DNA of 58,959 bases, counting the filler. It is 4 parts of 4 records of this genome, joined end to end, with 100 filler letters (N's around TTAATTAATTAA, not from the genome) between each part and the next. Parts side by side here need not be neighbours in the genome. Positions count along the whole stretch, not along the records: positions 1 to 12,738 come from DRR723986_8384; 3 more parts are not named here. The stretch is one strand, 5' to 3'. Position numbers and translations under genes: made by a program. Each line of letters begins with the position of its first letter. Position 1 is the stretch's first letter. Shown here one piece after another: positions 1-8,499 of this stretch. The notes under the pieces are model-generated. The model saw only the letters and a list, made by a program, of their open reading frames with translations. It was not told where the DNA came from and did no database searches.

Positions 1-182
1 ATTCCTGACCGTTCAATGGTTTTGCATTGCACCGGATACACTTTCGGCCACAATTTGTAGGTGGGGATTGGTTCCTGCCCCAAGTCTTTTAGACTACCGC
101 GTTTTTCGCTTCCTTCCAATTCACCATTCACATTTTCTTCTCTCTCCGCCCGACCCTCAACCCTAGCTCCGCGCCGAGCCAT
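1..182 (-). CDS. 5' part of a hypothetical protein running off the left edge
   Basis: Minus-strand ATG at 182 preceded by GAGG; frame (MARRGARVEGRAEREENVNGELEG...) stays open to the window edge; no family recognised. Confidence 0.35.
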   Translation of the reverse strand, partial: MARRGARVEGRAEREENVNGELEGSEKRGSLKDLGQEPIPTYKLWPKVYPVQCKTIERSG

Positions 183-484
183 AACAAACCTCGTTTTTTA
201 CTCTCGATCGCATCGTCACTAATCACCGACTGCAACGCTCCTCCCACGCCACGCAGAGACTAACATAAAGATCACAACAAGCCTGAGATGCAAGTGAGAA
301 GAAATCGAACGGCGCAGCTCAAAGCGCTACTCCCAGCCTGTCAACTTCGATCGGCCCAAATACAGGGAAGCACCTTAGCCAGACAAAAATGCTCACAATT
401 CCTGGACTATTGCAACCAGCTACTACGAACGTCGTAGCTCTACTACAACTTAAAGAGGCTTATTCAATCTGGAGATCTGTTGTA

Positions 485-1120
485 ATGCGACCGTTCATAA
501 CTATCTGCTTAGCATTTCTGGCAATTCCACTTAACGCTTGTGACCTCAACTTTCGCGATGCTCCCGAATATACACTTGAATCGACTCCGCTAGTGGATGC
601 TGCGCGCCAGCAGATTGGGGTTACAACCAAGTATGACGGTTCCTACGTTAGCCTTGAGTATCCAGGCGGTGATGTAGATTCCACAACTGGCGTGTGTACA
701 GACGTAATCGTGCGTGCGTTCCGTAAACTTGGAATTGACCTGCAGAAAGAGATCCACATCGACATGTCGGCCAACTTCAAAAAATATCCGCAGAGCTGGG
801 GCTTAAAAGGTCCGGACAAAAACATAGATCACCGGCGTGTGCCCAACCTGATGAAGTGGATGGATCGCCAGGGTTATAAGCAAGAACTTACGCTTGAAGC
901 CGAAAATTTTCAGACGGGTGATATCGTATGCTGGCAGATAACCGATAAGATGCAGCATATCGGAATTGTTAGCAATGGACGCACCGCTGAAGATGTACCG
1001 CTCATCATTCACAATGCCGGCTGGGGTACGGTCGAAAGTGACTTCCTGTTCGGTTTTACGCTAATTGGGCACTACCGGCCCAAGTTCAAAAGCGAAACAA
1101 CGAACCCAATCAGCGATTGA
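485..1120 (+). CDS. DUF1287 (YijF-like) exported protein, NlpC/P60-like
   Basis: YPGGDV..GVCTDVIVRA, DKNIDHRRVPNL, HIGIV and IIHN motifs typical of DUF1287; signal-peptide-like start at ATG 485 preferred over 389. Confidence 0.85.
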   Translation: MRPFITICLAFLAIPLNACDLNFRDAPEYTLESTPLVDAARQQIGVTTKYDGSYVSLEYPGGDVDSTTGVCTDVIVRAFRKLGIDLQKEIHIDMSANFKKYPQSWGLKGPDKNIDHRRVPNLMKWMDRQGYKQELTLEAENFQTGDIVCWQITDKMQHIGIVSNGRTAEDVPLIIHNAGWGTVESDFLFGFTLIGHYRPKFKSETTNPISD

Positions 1121-1167
1121 GTTAGACGCGCGCTTTTTTGAGTTCTGACCCCGATCCTAGTCCTTCC

Positions 1168-1195
1168 CGCAATTATCCAGACGCAATTATCCAGA
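1168..1195. repeat. Perfect 14-bp tandem duplication (CGCAATTATCCAGA x2)
   Basis: Read directly at 1168-1181 and 1182-1195. Confidence 0.85.
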
Positions 1196-1327
1196 AAGAA
1201 ATCGCCCCAAGCGCGGCAGGCCATAGTTATAAGATTTGTGGCGCTATGGCCAGATGATTGCGGGCGTACAAAAGAGTAGATGTGTCTTCAAGTATGCTCG
1301 CATGCAATCGATATGTAAATTGCAGCT

Positions 1328-2596
1328 ATGAATGCATTGACTACTATTCTGGTGATTGGCGCGGCACAAGGTTTATTCCTGGCCATCCTGCTCGCGGCAC
1401 GGAAAGTCAACTCCAGTGCCAACCGCGTACTCGCGCTGGCCATGACCAGTTTCTCGATTTATCAGCTTGAGGCGGTGTACTACTGGAATGAGCTCTATCT
1501 GGAAACGACGCTTTTTATTGGGATCTCAGAGCCGCTGATTTTTATCTTTGGACCAATCCTGTATCTGTACGCACTGATCGTCATTCGGGGCGGACATGAT
1601 TTTCGCACATCGGACCTCCTGCATTTTCTGCCGGCACTCGCAGTAGCGTTTTACTACTCGCCGATTTATTTCGGCAGTCCCGAGTTAAAACTCGAGGTCT
1701 TGCGCAATACAATGGCGGGAAATGAAATGCTCGGTCAGACCGTGATTGACTATCTTAAACACATTAGCGGCATCATCTACACGGCACTTTCGGTCAGACT
1801 TCTTTTTAAGCACTCTAAGAAAATCCGCGACACACATTCGTCAATTGAACATATCAATCTCCTGTGGTTACGCAATATTAACATTGGTCTAGGCGCAGTC
1901 TGGACCTTTGCTGAAGTCAGTTTTGTTTTGTACCAACTAGGGTACCGACCTGGAGCCGGAGCACTAAACTACACACCAATTTGTGTGGCGATTCTTGTGT
2001 ATGCGATTGGATACCTTGGACTGCGCCAACCCGAGATTTTTAACGTTACAAAGCGGGCAGGAAACCAGCCGGCAGATGCACAGATCCCGCAAGCCAATCC
2101 GCCACAAGCTGATGAGTCCGGTCGCAACGCCGCAAACCCGCAGATAGACCCAAAGCCGCAATTGCAGGATAAAGCACTCAAACCTTATCGTAAGTCGGGG
2201 CTCGACGCACAGCGCGCGCAAGCATTGGTCACGCGCCTGACCGAGTTCATGCTCGAACACAAAACCTGGCGCCGCAATGATTTGACGCTTCAGGAATTGG
2301 CGGTGGATCTGAACCTGACACCACACAATTTGACAGAGGTCATCAACACACAACTCGGCAAGAACTTCTACGACTTCGTCAATTCCTACCGCGTTGAAGA
2401 TGTCAAACAGCGCCTGTGGAACCCGGCTGAAGATCATCTGACAATTTTGGCACTGGCCTATGACGCAGGTTTTAATGCCAAGTCAACATTCAACACGATC
2501 TTCAAGAAACATACGGGCCATACTCCTTCCCAATATCGGCGCCTGCGCGATGAGGCGATGAGGCGATGGCGGCATAAAACTCAGCGGAATGCCTAA
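1328..2596 (+). CDS. AraC-family regulator with N-terminal multi-pass membrane sensor domain
   Basis: About 7 hydrophobic segments, then a C-terminal AraC HTH (LTLQELA..NFYDFVNSYRV..LAYDAGFNAKSTFNTIFKKHTGHTPSQYR). Confidence 0.9.
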   Translation: MNALTTILVIGAAQGLFLAILLAARKVNSSANRVLALAMTSFSIYQLEAVYYWNELYLETTLFIGISEPLIFIFGPILYLYALIVIRGGHDFRTSDLLHFLPALAVAFYYSPIYFGSPELKLEVLRNTMAGNEMLGQTVIDYLKHISGIIYTALSVRLLFKHSKKIRDTHSSIEHINLLWLRNINIGLGAVWTFAEVSFVLYQLGYRPGAGALNYTPICVAILVYAIGYLGLRQPEIFNVTKRAGNQPADAQIPQANPPQADESGRNAANPQIDPKPQLQDKALKPYRKSGLDAQRAQALVTRLTEFMLEHKTWRRNDLTLQELAVDLNLTPHNLTEVINTQLGKNFYDFVNSYRVEDVKQRLWNPAEDHLTILALAYDAGFNAKSTFNTIFKKHTGHTPSQYRRLRDEAMRRWRHKTQRNA

Positions 2597-2702
2597 AACT
2601 CCTGTCAGATTGTTCCGCTGAGATTACATGCATTGCGACTTCACTTCTGCGGCACTCTTTTGTTGAGCAGCGCCGCTAACTATTCCCAGCTCGCCCGGCT
2701 GT

Positions 2703-3377
2703 TCAGTTAATTGCCTGCGAAACGCCAAGTGTGATGTAGCCCGGCGGTAAAAGCTGCCCGTCGCCTCCCAAATGACGCACGCCCATGCGCAGATTCAACT
2801 CCGTGTCGTCAAACTTGACACCCGTAGTTAATCCGACTCTCCAAATTCCACCGGTATCAAGGTACCAGCCGTCAACCGCGTCCGGGTAAAAATTCTCTGT
2901 GTACCAATCTCGATGGCTTACATGGGTTAGCAGCGATTTGTCGTAGCCGCCCTCAATGGCAGCATGCCAGCCTTCCCGGTAATATCCGGCATGCAAACCG
3001 AGGTCCATTCCGATGTTAAAACCATTGTAAACGTCATTCTGCGTAGTCCGGCCAATCATTCCAACTTGCCCCATCACCTGCCAGTTCTCCAATTGGACAA
3101 TCGGAGTCAGTGTCCACCAACGGAAACGCAGATCGTGAAAATCGAAGTCACCCACGGGGATCGTCAGGTCATAACCTACTGTTGTTTTGAAGCCGCAGCA
3201 GTCAACACCGTGCATATACCCGAGTGTCAGCTCAACGGCCGGGTCGAGCCCGAAGTTCACATAGATCTGCTTGTTTTCAGAGGTTAGGTTCGCCGCATTG
3301 AAATTCTGAGCGACTGTTGTTTGAAGATGTAAGAGAGTCAGGGCAAGCGCCAGCGCGGCGATGTATTGCATTCGCAT
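2703..3377 (-). CDS. Exported protein, probable outer-membrane beta-barrel
   Basis: Signal peptide; alternating Gly/aromatic beta-strand pattern; lies directly downstream of the hydrolase gene. Confidence 0.6.
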   Translation of the reverse strand: MRMQYIAALALALTLLHLQTTVAQNFNAANLTSENKQIYVNFGLDPAVELTLGYMHGVDCCGFKTTVGYDLTIPVGDFDFHDLRFRWWTLTPIVQLENWQVMGQVGMIGRTTQNDVYNGFNIGMDLGLHAGYYREGWHAAIEGGYDKSLLTHVSHRDWYTENFYPDAVDGWYLDTGGIWRVGLTTGVKFDDTELNLRMGVRHLGGDGQLLPPGYITLGVSQAIN

Positions 3378-3437
3378 AGTTTAAGTCCTTGATTTTGAAA
3401 GAGTTAAGAGGAAGTTGTAGTCAGGTGAATTCAGATA

Positions 3438-4454
3438 TCAATTGCTTAGGCTGTTGACATAATTGCGGAAAATCTCGACGGATCGCTCCGCACTCTGCCA
3501 CACGTGATCATGGCCAAAACCTTCAACGATATGTAGCTCTGTGACTGGAAAGTACTGGCGCTGTGTCTCCTGAAATTCGCGGCCAATCACTTCAGTCCGG
3601 CTTCCGGCAACAAACCAAACCGGCGTCGTGTATGCCGCAAGGTTATCCGTAAAACTATAGACCGCCTCGCCATCCTGCATTCCGTCCTCCTGCACATAAC
3701 GGTTGGCAGCATACCCCCAACGCCAAAATGGCATCGGATCGTTTTCCATTTCCTGATGGAAGCGTGGCTGCGACCTGCGAACCCCAAGGGTACGCTCGTA
3801 GTCCATACGGATGTGATCACTTGGCGTAAAAAATTGCTGGCTCCAGACATAATCATTCAACCATTCGCTGAAGAATTCAAGCTTGACAATATCATTCTTA
3901 GTCGCTTCAAACTGCGCGGCATTCAGCGGCCCCGGCTCATACAGGACGGCACCGGCAACACGATCCGGATGGGCATTAATAAACATGCTCGCGTACATCC
4001 CACCCCAGGAATGACCAATCAGGTACACCGGACGATTGGGCGAAAAATGATCGGCCAAATGCAGTAAGTCCGCCATATACAGGTCCAGCGAAATATCGGA
4101 ATCTTCGTGGCGCTGCGAGAGTCCGGAACTGCGTTGATCCCACATAATAACCTGGAAAGAATCGGTCAGCGCATAACCATCATAGCGGTCAATAAACCGC
4201 ATCAGCCCGCGATGATCTCCACCAGGTCCACCGTGTAACATGATTAAAACAGGCTTACCCGGCTCACCAAAGGTCCGCAAATGGAAACGCGATCCGTTCA
4301 TTACAAAGGCCGGCAGACTCGCATCTTCCGTCACCGTTTTTGGCACCAGATTCCCCGGCTCTGTTGGATCCAGGATTCCCTCATCACAGGATGTCAATAT
4401 ACTGACGTATAGCAGGCTTAAACAGAAGAGCATAAATTTTTTTTGTCCAGACAT
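3438..4454 (-). CDS. Lipoprotein alpha/beta hydrolase (proline iminopeptidase-like)
   Basis: Lipobox-like LTSC; HGGPGG, DQRSSG and GHSWGG nucleophile elbow; C-terminal GH. Confidence 0.85.
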   Translation of the reverse strand: MSGQKKFMLFCLSLLYVSILTSCDEGILDPTEPGNLVPKTVTEDASLPAFVMNGSRFHLRTFGEPGKPVLIMLHGGPGGDHRGLMRFIDRYDGYALTDSFQVIMWDQRSSGLSQRHEDSDISLDLYMADLLHLADHFSPNRPVYLIGHSWGGMYASMFINAHPDRVAGAVLYEPGPLNAAQFEATKNDIVKLEFFSEWLNDYVWSQQFFTPSDHIRMDYERTLGVRRSQPRFHQEMENDPMPFWRWGYAANRYVQEDGMQDGEAVYSFTDNLAAYTTPVWFVAGSRTEVIGREFQETQRQYFPVTELHIVEGFGHDHVWQSAERSVEIFRNYVNSLSN

Positions 4455-4580
4455 TCGATCTACTCCATGGGATAAACAAGATAGTCTTGCGTTTTTCTGA
4501 TGTATGGCGCTGCGTCAAACGAGCGTCGTTAACAATTACAATGGCAAAGATATAGTCCAGGGCAAGTCCATGCGCCCGAA

Positions 4581-4593
4581 CCCGTCGGACGGG
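4581..4593. promoter_or_regulatory. Inverted repeat CCCGTC-G-GACGGG upstream of the hydrolase, candidate operator
   Basis: Perfect 6-bp inverted repeat about 130 bp upstream of the hydrolase start. Confidence 0.25.
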
Positions 4594-5146
4594 GCGTTCA
4601 GCTGATGGTTTAGAGGTTCAGACCGGCGGGATTGAACGATTTTTGCGATAAATCGGCGGTTTTCAGGGTGAACTTTCTGGCGGATTGGATTTTGGTAGAA
4701 TCCTCAAGCCGCAACTCAATCTTTTGTCTGTCAGTACCACAAGCCGAGTTTTGTCAGGTTTTCGACAAGCACATGACGAATTCATTGTGGTTGTTTGGGG
4801 CAAATGTCATGCGCTGTATCATGTTAGGATTTTGAGGTCAAGCTCAGCATTTCATTGGCGGAGATCAAACTTCTACTGTCAACAATTTGACATCAAGCAG
4901 AAATTTGTCAGCCATGTATGCATTAACTGCCGTTGACCTGCGCTCGGTTCAAGCACATATTTGGGCCGCCCGGCCGCTGAATTTCGGTGCCTGGTGTGAT
5001 TCAATTTCTGTCTGATCAGAGCTTCGGCATGCTGCCTTGCTTTTTGAGTTCTCTTGTTAGTCGCTGCGTCTCCAGACTCAAGAACTTGAGGCTGGGAGTC
5101 TTTTTACCGAAGGTCCCGCAACTCGTGATTTGGAAGTGGCTGCAAG

Positions 5147-5689
5147 TCAATCAATCTGTTCTTGAGAAACCAGGTGCCTGCCATTATTAGCGCTACCATT
5201 CAACCTTGGTGAGGCTCCATTTGCGCTCACCTCTGCCCGCCCCTCAGGCACTTTGCTTACTTCAGCTTTGATTACTGCAGCTTTGACTCCCTCTGCCGTA
5301 TCAACAGCTGCACTTTGCACTGTACTATAGAATGCCTTGGTCAGCAGAGTCAACACCAGCTGATTTAGACTGGTTGACTCTGCCTTGGCTTTTATATACA
5401 GCTCTCGATGCAGGAACTTGGGAATGCGGACCAGGAATTTCCCGCTAAAATCATTCTCCGTTTTCGGCAGAGGAATGTCCTTGCCCTCTTCGTACACTTT
5501 TGTAAAGATATCACGCCGCAAGGCCTCCAGGTTTTCGAGAGCTTCCTGCTCAGTATCCCCTTCTGCAACAAATGTCATGTCTCCAAGTTCTGGTATCGTC
5601 GCACAGAACCCGCCTTCTTCCTCTAAAGGAATTGGCGTTAATCGCACTTCATACTTTAAGCCAAGCAAGTACGCTAAAGTAGGTCTCAT
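5147..5689 (-). CDS. hicB: HicB-family antitoxin
   Basis: EEGGFCATIPELG..AEGDTEQEALENL (HicB N-domain) plus FSGKFLVRIPKFLHREL..AKAESTSLNQ (ribbon-helix-helix). Confidence 0.88.
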   Translation of the reverse strand: MRPTLAYLLGLKYEVRLTPIPLEEEGGFCATIPELGDMTFVAEGDTEQEALENLEALRRDIFTKVYEEGKDIPLPKTENDFSGKFLVRIPKFLHRELYIKAKAESTSLNQLVLTLLTKAFYSTVQSAAVDTAEGVKAAVIKAEVSKVPEGRAEVSANGASPRLNGSANNGRHLVSQEQID

Positions 5690-5979
5690 TGTTTGTTCCT
5701 CAAATAGTCAACCAACACAGCAAGTTGGCGTAGATAAATAAATCTAATTTTCTTTCCATTCCGCACCGGAATGACCAAAATTCCATCAAAACAGCTTGGA
5801 AAACACTCTTCGACAGCTGTATGCTTCAAACGGTACTCATGTGAACCACCTCCCGGCGGACCACTGTACCAGCAACCTGGAAAAAAGCAATCGAGCACCA
5901 TTTCTATGTCGCCTTTAGGAGCGGACTGCTTTGAGGATTTCCACTTTTCAAGTCTCTTCTCTGCTCTTCGCTGGGACAT
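5686..5979 (-). CDS. HicA-like toxin
   Basis: Small basic ORF from MSQRR (5979) with GGSH motif and LVIP..KKIRFIYLRQL; 4-nt ATGA overlap with hicB. Confidence 0.7.
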   Translation of the reverse strand: MSQRRAEKRLEKWKSSKQSAPKGDIEMVLDCFFPGCWYSGPPGGGSHEYRLKHTAVEECFPSCFDGILVIPVRNGKKIRFIYLRQLAVLVDYLRNKQ

Positions 5980-6034
5980 GCACCGTCGTCTAGGTAAGAT
6001 TTCCAACTCAATTTGGCCTCTCACCGCCCACAAG

Positions 6035-6052
6035 GATACTACATATAGTATC
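6035..6052. promoter_or_regulatory. Palindrome GATACTA-cata-TAGTATC, putative HicB operator
   Basis: Perfect 7-bp inverted repeat about 55 bp upstream of the toxin start. Confidence 0.6.
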
Positions 6053-6761
6053 AACTTACAAGTAGTTTTTGCAGCAGCACTCACTTTTACCCCACTCCAA
6101 AGCAAGGGCCTTGAGAGCAGTTGGAATGCCGATAACTGCCAGCCTTTTTAGATCAGTTAGCCGGCAGAATCACCTAAAAACCACTCAATCCAAAGGCGAA
6201 AAACTTCAACGGCCTGTTGTTGGCTCCAAGCGGCCAGTATTTGTGCATGAACGGCCAGAAACTGCAGGAACAGAATTGATTCAATTACCTCGAATACTTG
6301 GCGCTTGTGTCGCCGGCGGCCCACTTTCCATAGAGTCAAACGCAGCAGCCACAGCTGGACTAATGACCTCAGCCACAAGTCCCCAAGCACTTTATTCCTG
6401 GGCTTCCGACTCCGGCACCGCAACTGCCGCACTTCGCCCAGCCTCAATTGCTGCAGGCTTTGCTCCCACAGACAAACAAAAAGCTCATAAAAAGACCAGT
6501 GCAGCGCGCAGCGCAAAGTGAGGCGGGGCTTGATTTCAGTAGAGAAGACCGGACCTGAAAAACACGAGTTTTGAGCACTGACGCGGGCTGCCTGATATGC
6601 CCAAAAAAACCGCTGCAAATTCGGCGGCAGCAGAAATAGGAACACATACGGCGTGCATGCATCATTTTGAGCCGGATATGACGGTCAAACGAGTTGCAAT
6701 GCTTATATTTAGCCAAATCCTCAAAAGTAAGAGTGTGAAGCGTCGAATTACGGGACTGAAT

Positions 6762-7655
6762 ATGTCGGGAATAGGAGTGATGGGGGCCTCGGGGCAGCTG
6801 GGGCGACGCATAGTTGCTGAGCTGCTCAAACATTCATCTGAGCGCGGACCGATAGTAGCGATTGCACGCACACCACAGCGGATTCAGCATCTAGGCGATC
6901 TGGGTGCCGAATTACGTCAGGCAGATTACGACGATGAAGCCAGCATGCGCGCGGCCTTTGCAGGCGTTGAACATTTGCTGCTGGTGCCAAGTACGGCTGC
7001 GGTAGAACCGCGAATTCTGCAGCATCGCCAGGCGGTGAATGCCGCGCAGGCCGCCGGAGTCAAACGCCTGTTATTTGCGGGCTTATCTACCGGTGGTTTC
7101 CCCGATTCAAAGTTCCTGATTTCTCCCTTTCTGAGTTATGCGGAAATGACGCTGCGCCAGAGTGGGCTGGAGTGGACGATCCTGCGCAATAATCTCTACC
7201 TGGATCCGCTGCTTTACTGGCTTCCGGAACTGATTGAGATGGGCGAACTGCCCTACCCCATAAAAGACGGACGCGCAGCATTTGTACCGCGCGAAGACCT
7301 GGCACGCGCCAGTGCCGCCGCCTGCCTTGGTGAAGACCTCCACGCCAAAATCTTTGAGTTGAGCGGGCCACAGGCATTAACAATGCCCGAACTGGCCGCC
7401 GCACTCGCAGATGCCGCCGGTAAACCGATCAGCTTCAAATCTGTCAGCGATGCCGAATACGCAGACGTGTGCCGCAAAGGTGCCGAAGAAGTCTCAGACG
7501 GCATGATAAAAATTCTAACGTCGATTTACCATGCCGTTGACAACGGTGAGTTTGCGAATGCGACGGATGATATTAAACAGTTAACGGGCAGTGCTGCACA
7601 GGATAGTGCAACCTGGCTTAAACGCGAATGGTTCAAAATGAATCAGAACAAATAA
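6762..7655 (+). CDS. NAD(P)-binding atypical SDR / NmrA-like oxidoreductase
   Basis: GASGQLG Rossmann motif, ADYDD, WTILRNNLY, FELSGP; start MSGIGV at 6762. Confidence 0.88.
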   Translation: MSGIGVMGASGQLGRRIVAELLKHSSERGPIVAIARTPQRIQHLGDLGAELRQADYDDEASMRAAFAGVEHLLLVPSTAAVEPRILQHRQAVNAAQAAGVKRLLFAGLSTGGFPDSKFLISPFLSYAEMTLRQSGLEWTILRNNLYLDPLLYWLPELIEMGELPYPIKDGRAAFVPREDLARASAAACLGEDLHAKIFELSGPQALTMPELAAALADAAGKPISFKSVSDAEYADVCRKGAEEVSDGMIKILTSIYHAVDNGEFANATDDIKQLTGSAAQDSATWLKREWFKMNQNK

Positions 7656-7740
7656 ACAAAAGCTGCATTAGCTGAATACACACTGTAAATAACTGCCAAG
7701 AATGCGCGGCAAGACCACGCCGCGAACGGATACCTGCACT

Positions 7741-8373
7741 ATGATTGGTGAACAGTTTATTGCGCGGCAGCTGCGCGAACCATCAGGATTTTTTGGCCGG
7801 ACTTTTATGGGACGGCTCTTAAACAAAGGCAATGCACGCATTAATCAACATGCCGTTGATGCGCTGAAGGTGCAGCCCGGGGATACGGCCCTGGACATCG
7901 GTTTTGGCGGCGGCATAGCCCTCTCACATCTGCTGCAGCACGCCACACAAGGCAGCGTGCATGGTGCTGAAATTTCAACGGCAATGCTTAAGCAGGCGCA
8001 ATCGACATTTGTCAATGACATTCGCAGCGGCAGGCTAAAATTGCACGAAGCTTCGGTGGAGGCGCTGCCGTTCACCTGTGGCAGGGTGCAACGCGTGTGT
8101 AGTGTTAACACAATCTACTTTTGGAATTCGGCGGCCCAGGGAATGCGTGAAGTACATCGCATTCTGGCGCCGGGTGGCGCTGTAGTGATTGGAATACGCT
8201 CTGCAGAAGTAATGCAGGCTATGCCGGTAACACAGCACGGCTTCCGCCTGTTCACATCCGATGAGATTAGCGATGTGATGCGCCATGCGGGCCTGACGAA
8301 TATAGAAGTGACACACCAGGATCAGGATCAGCGCCACGACAGCTTGTTGATTCGTGGCGTCAAACCAACCTGA
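7741..8373 (+). CDS. Class I SAM-dependent methyltransferase
   Basis: LDIGFGGG motif I, VNTIYFW, RILAPGG; start could alternatively be 7702. Confidence 0.85.
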   Translation: MIGEQFIARQLREPSGFFGRTFMGRLLNKGNARINQHAVDALKVQPGDTALDIGFGGGIALSHLLQHATQGSVHGAEISTAMLKQAQSTFVNDIRSGRLKLHEASVEALPFTCGRVQRVCSVNTIYFWNSAAQGMREVHRILAPGGAVVIGIRSAEVMQAMPVTQHGFRLFTSDEISDVMRHAGLTNIEVTHQDQDQRHDSLLIRGVKPT

Positions 8374-8434
8374 AACCGGGACCAAAACGTCGCAAGCCTG
8401 CAGCTGTGAGCCTGCCAAACTGGTTAACAAATAC

Positions 8435-8469
8435 AAAAGCCCGACGCTTTACAGCGCCGGGCTTTTTTT
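8435..8469. terminator. Bidirectional intrinsic terminator
   Basis: AAAAGCCCGACGCT-ttac-AGCGCCGGGCTTTTTTT between convergent genes. Confidence 0.85.
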
Positions 8470-8499
8470 GTCTGGGAGGCAGTAGAACGGCTTTTGCGT

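Noticed and set aside
1121-1127. GTTAGAC after the DUF1287 stop, resembling an integron attC core (GTTRRRY)
   Set aside because: No matching RYYYAAC inverse core or attC hairpin, no integrase and no cassette array.
6157-6645. 162-aa Trp/Leu-rich minus-strand ORF upstream of hicA, and the overlapping plus-strand ORF 6069-6521
   Set aside because: No recognisable motif or RBS and two competing frames. An orphan gene cannot be excluded but is not supported.
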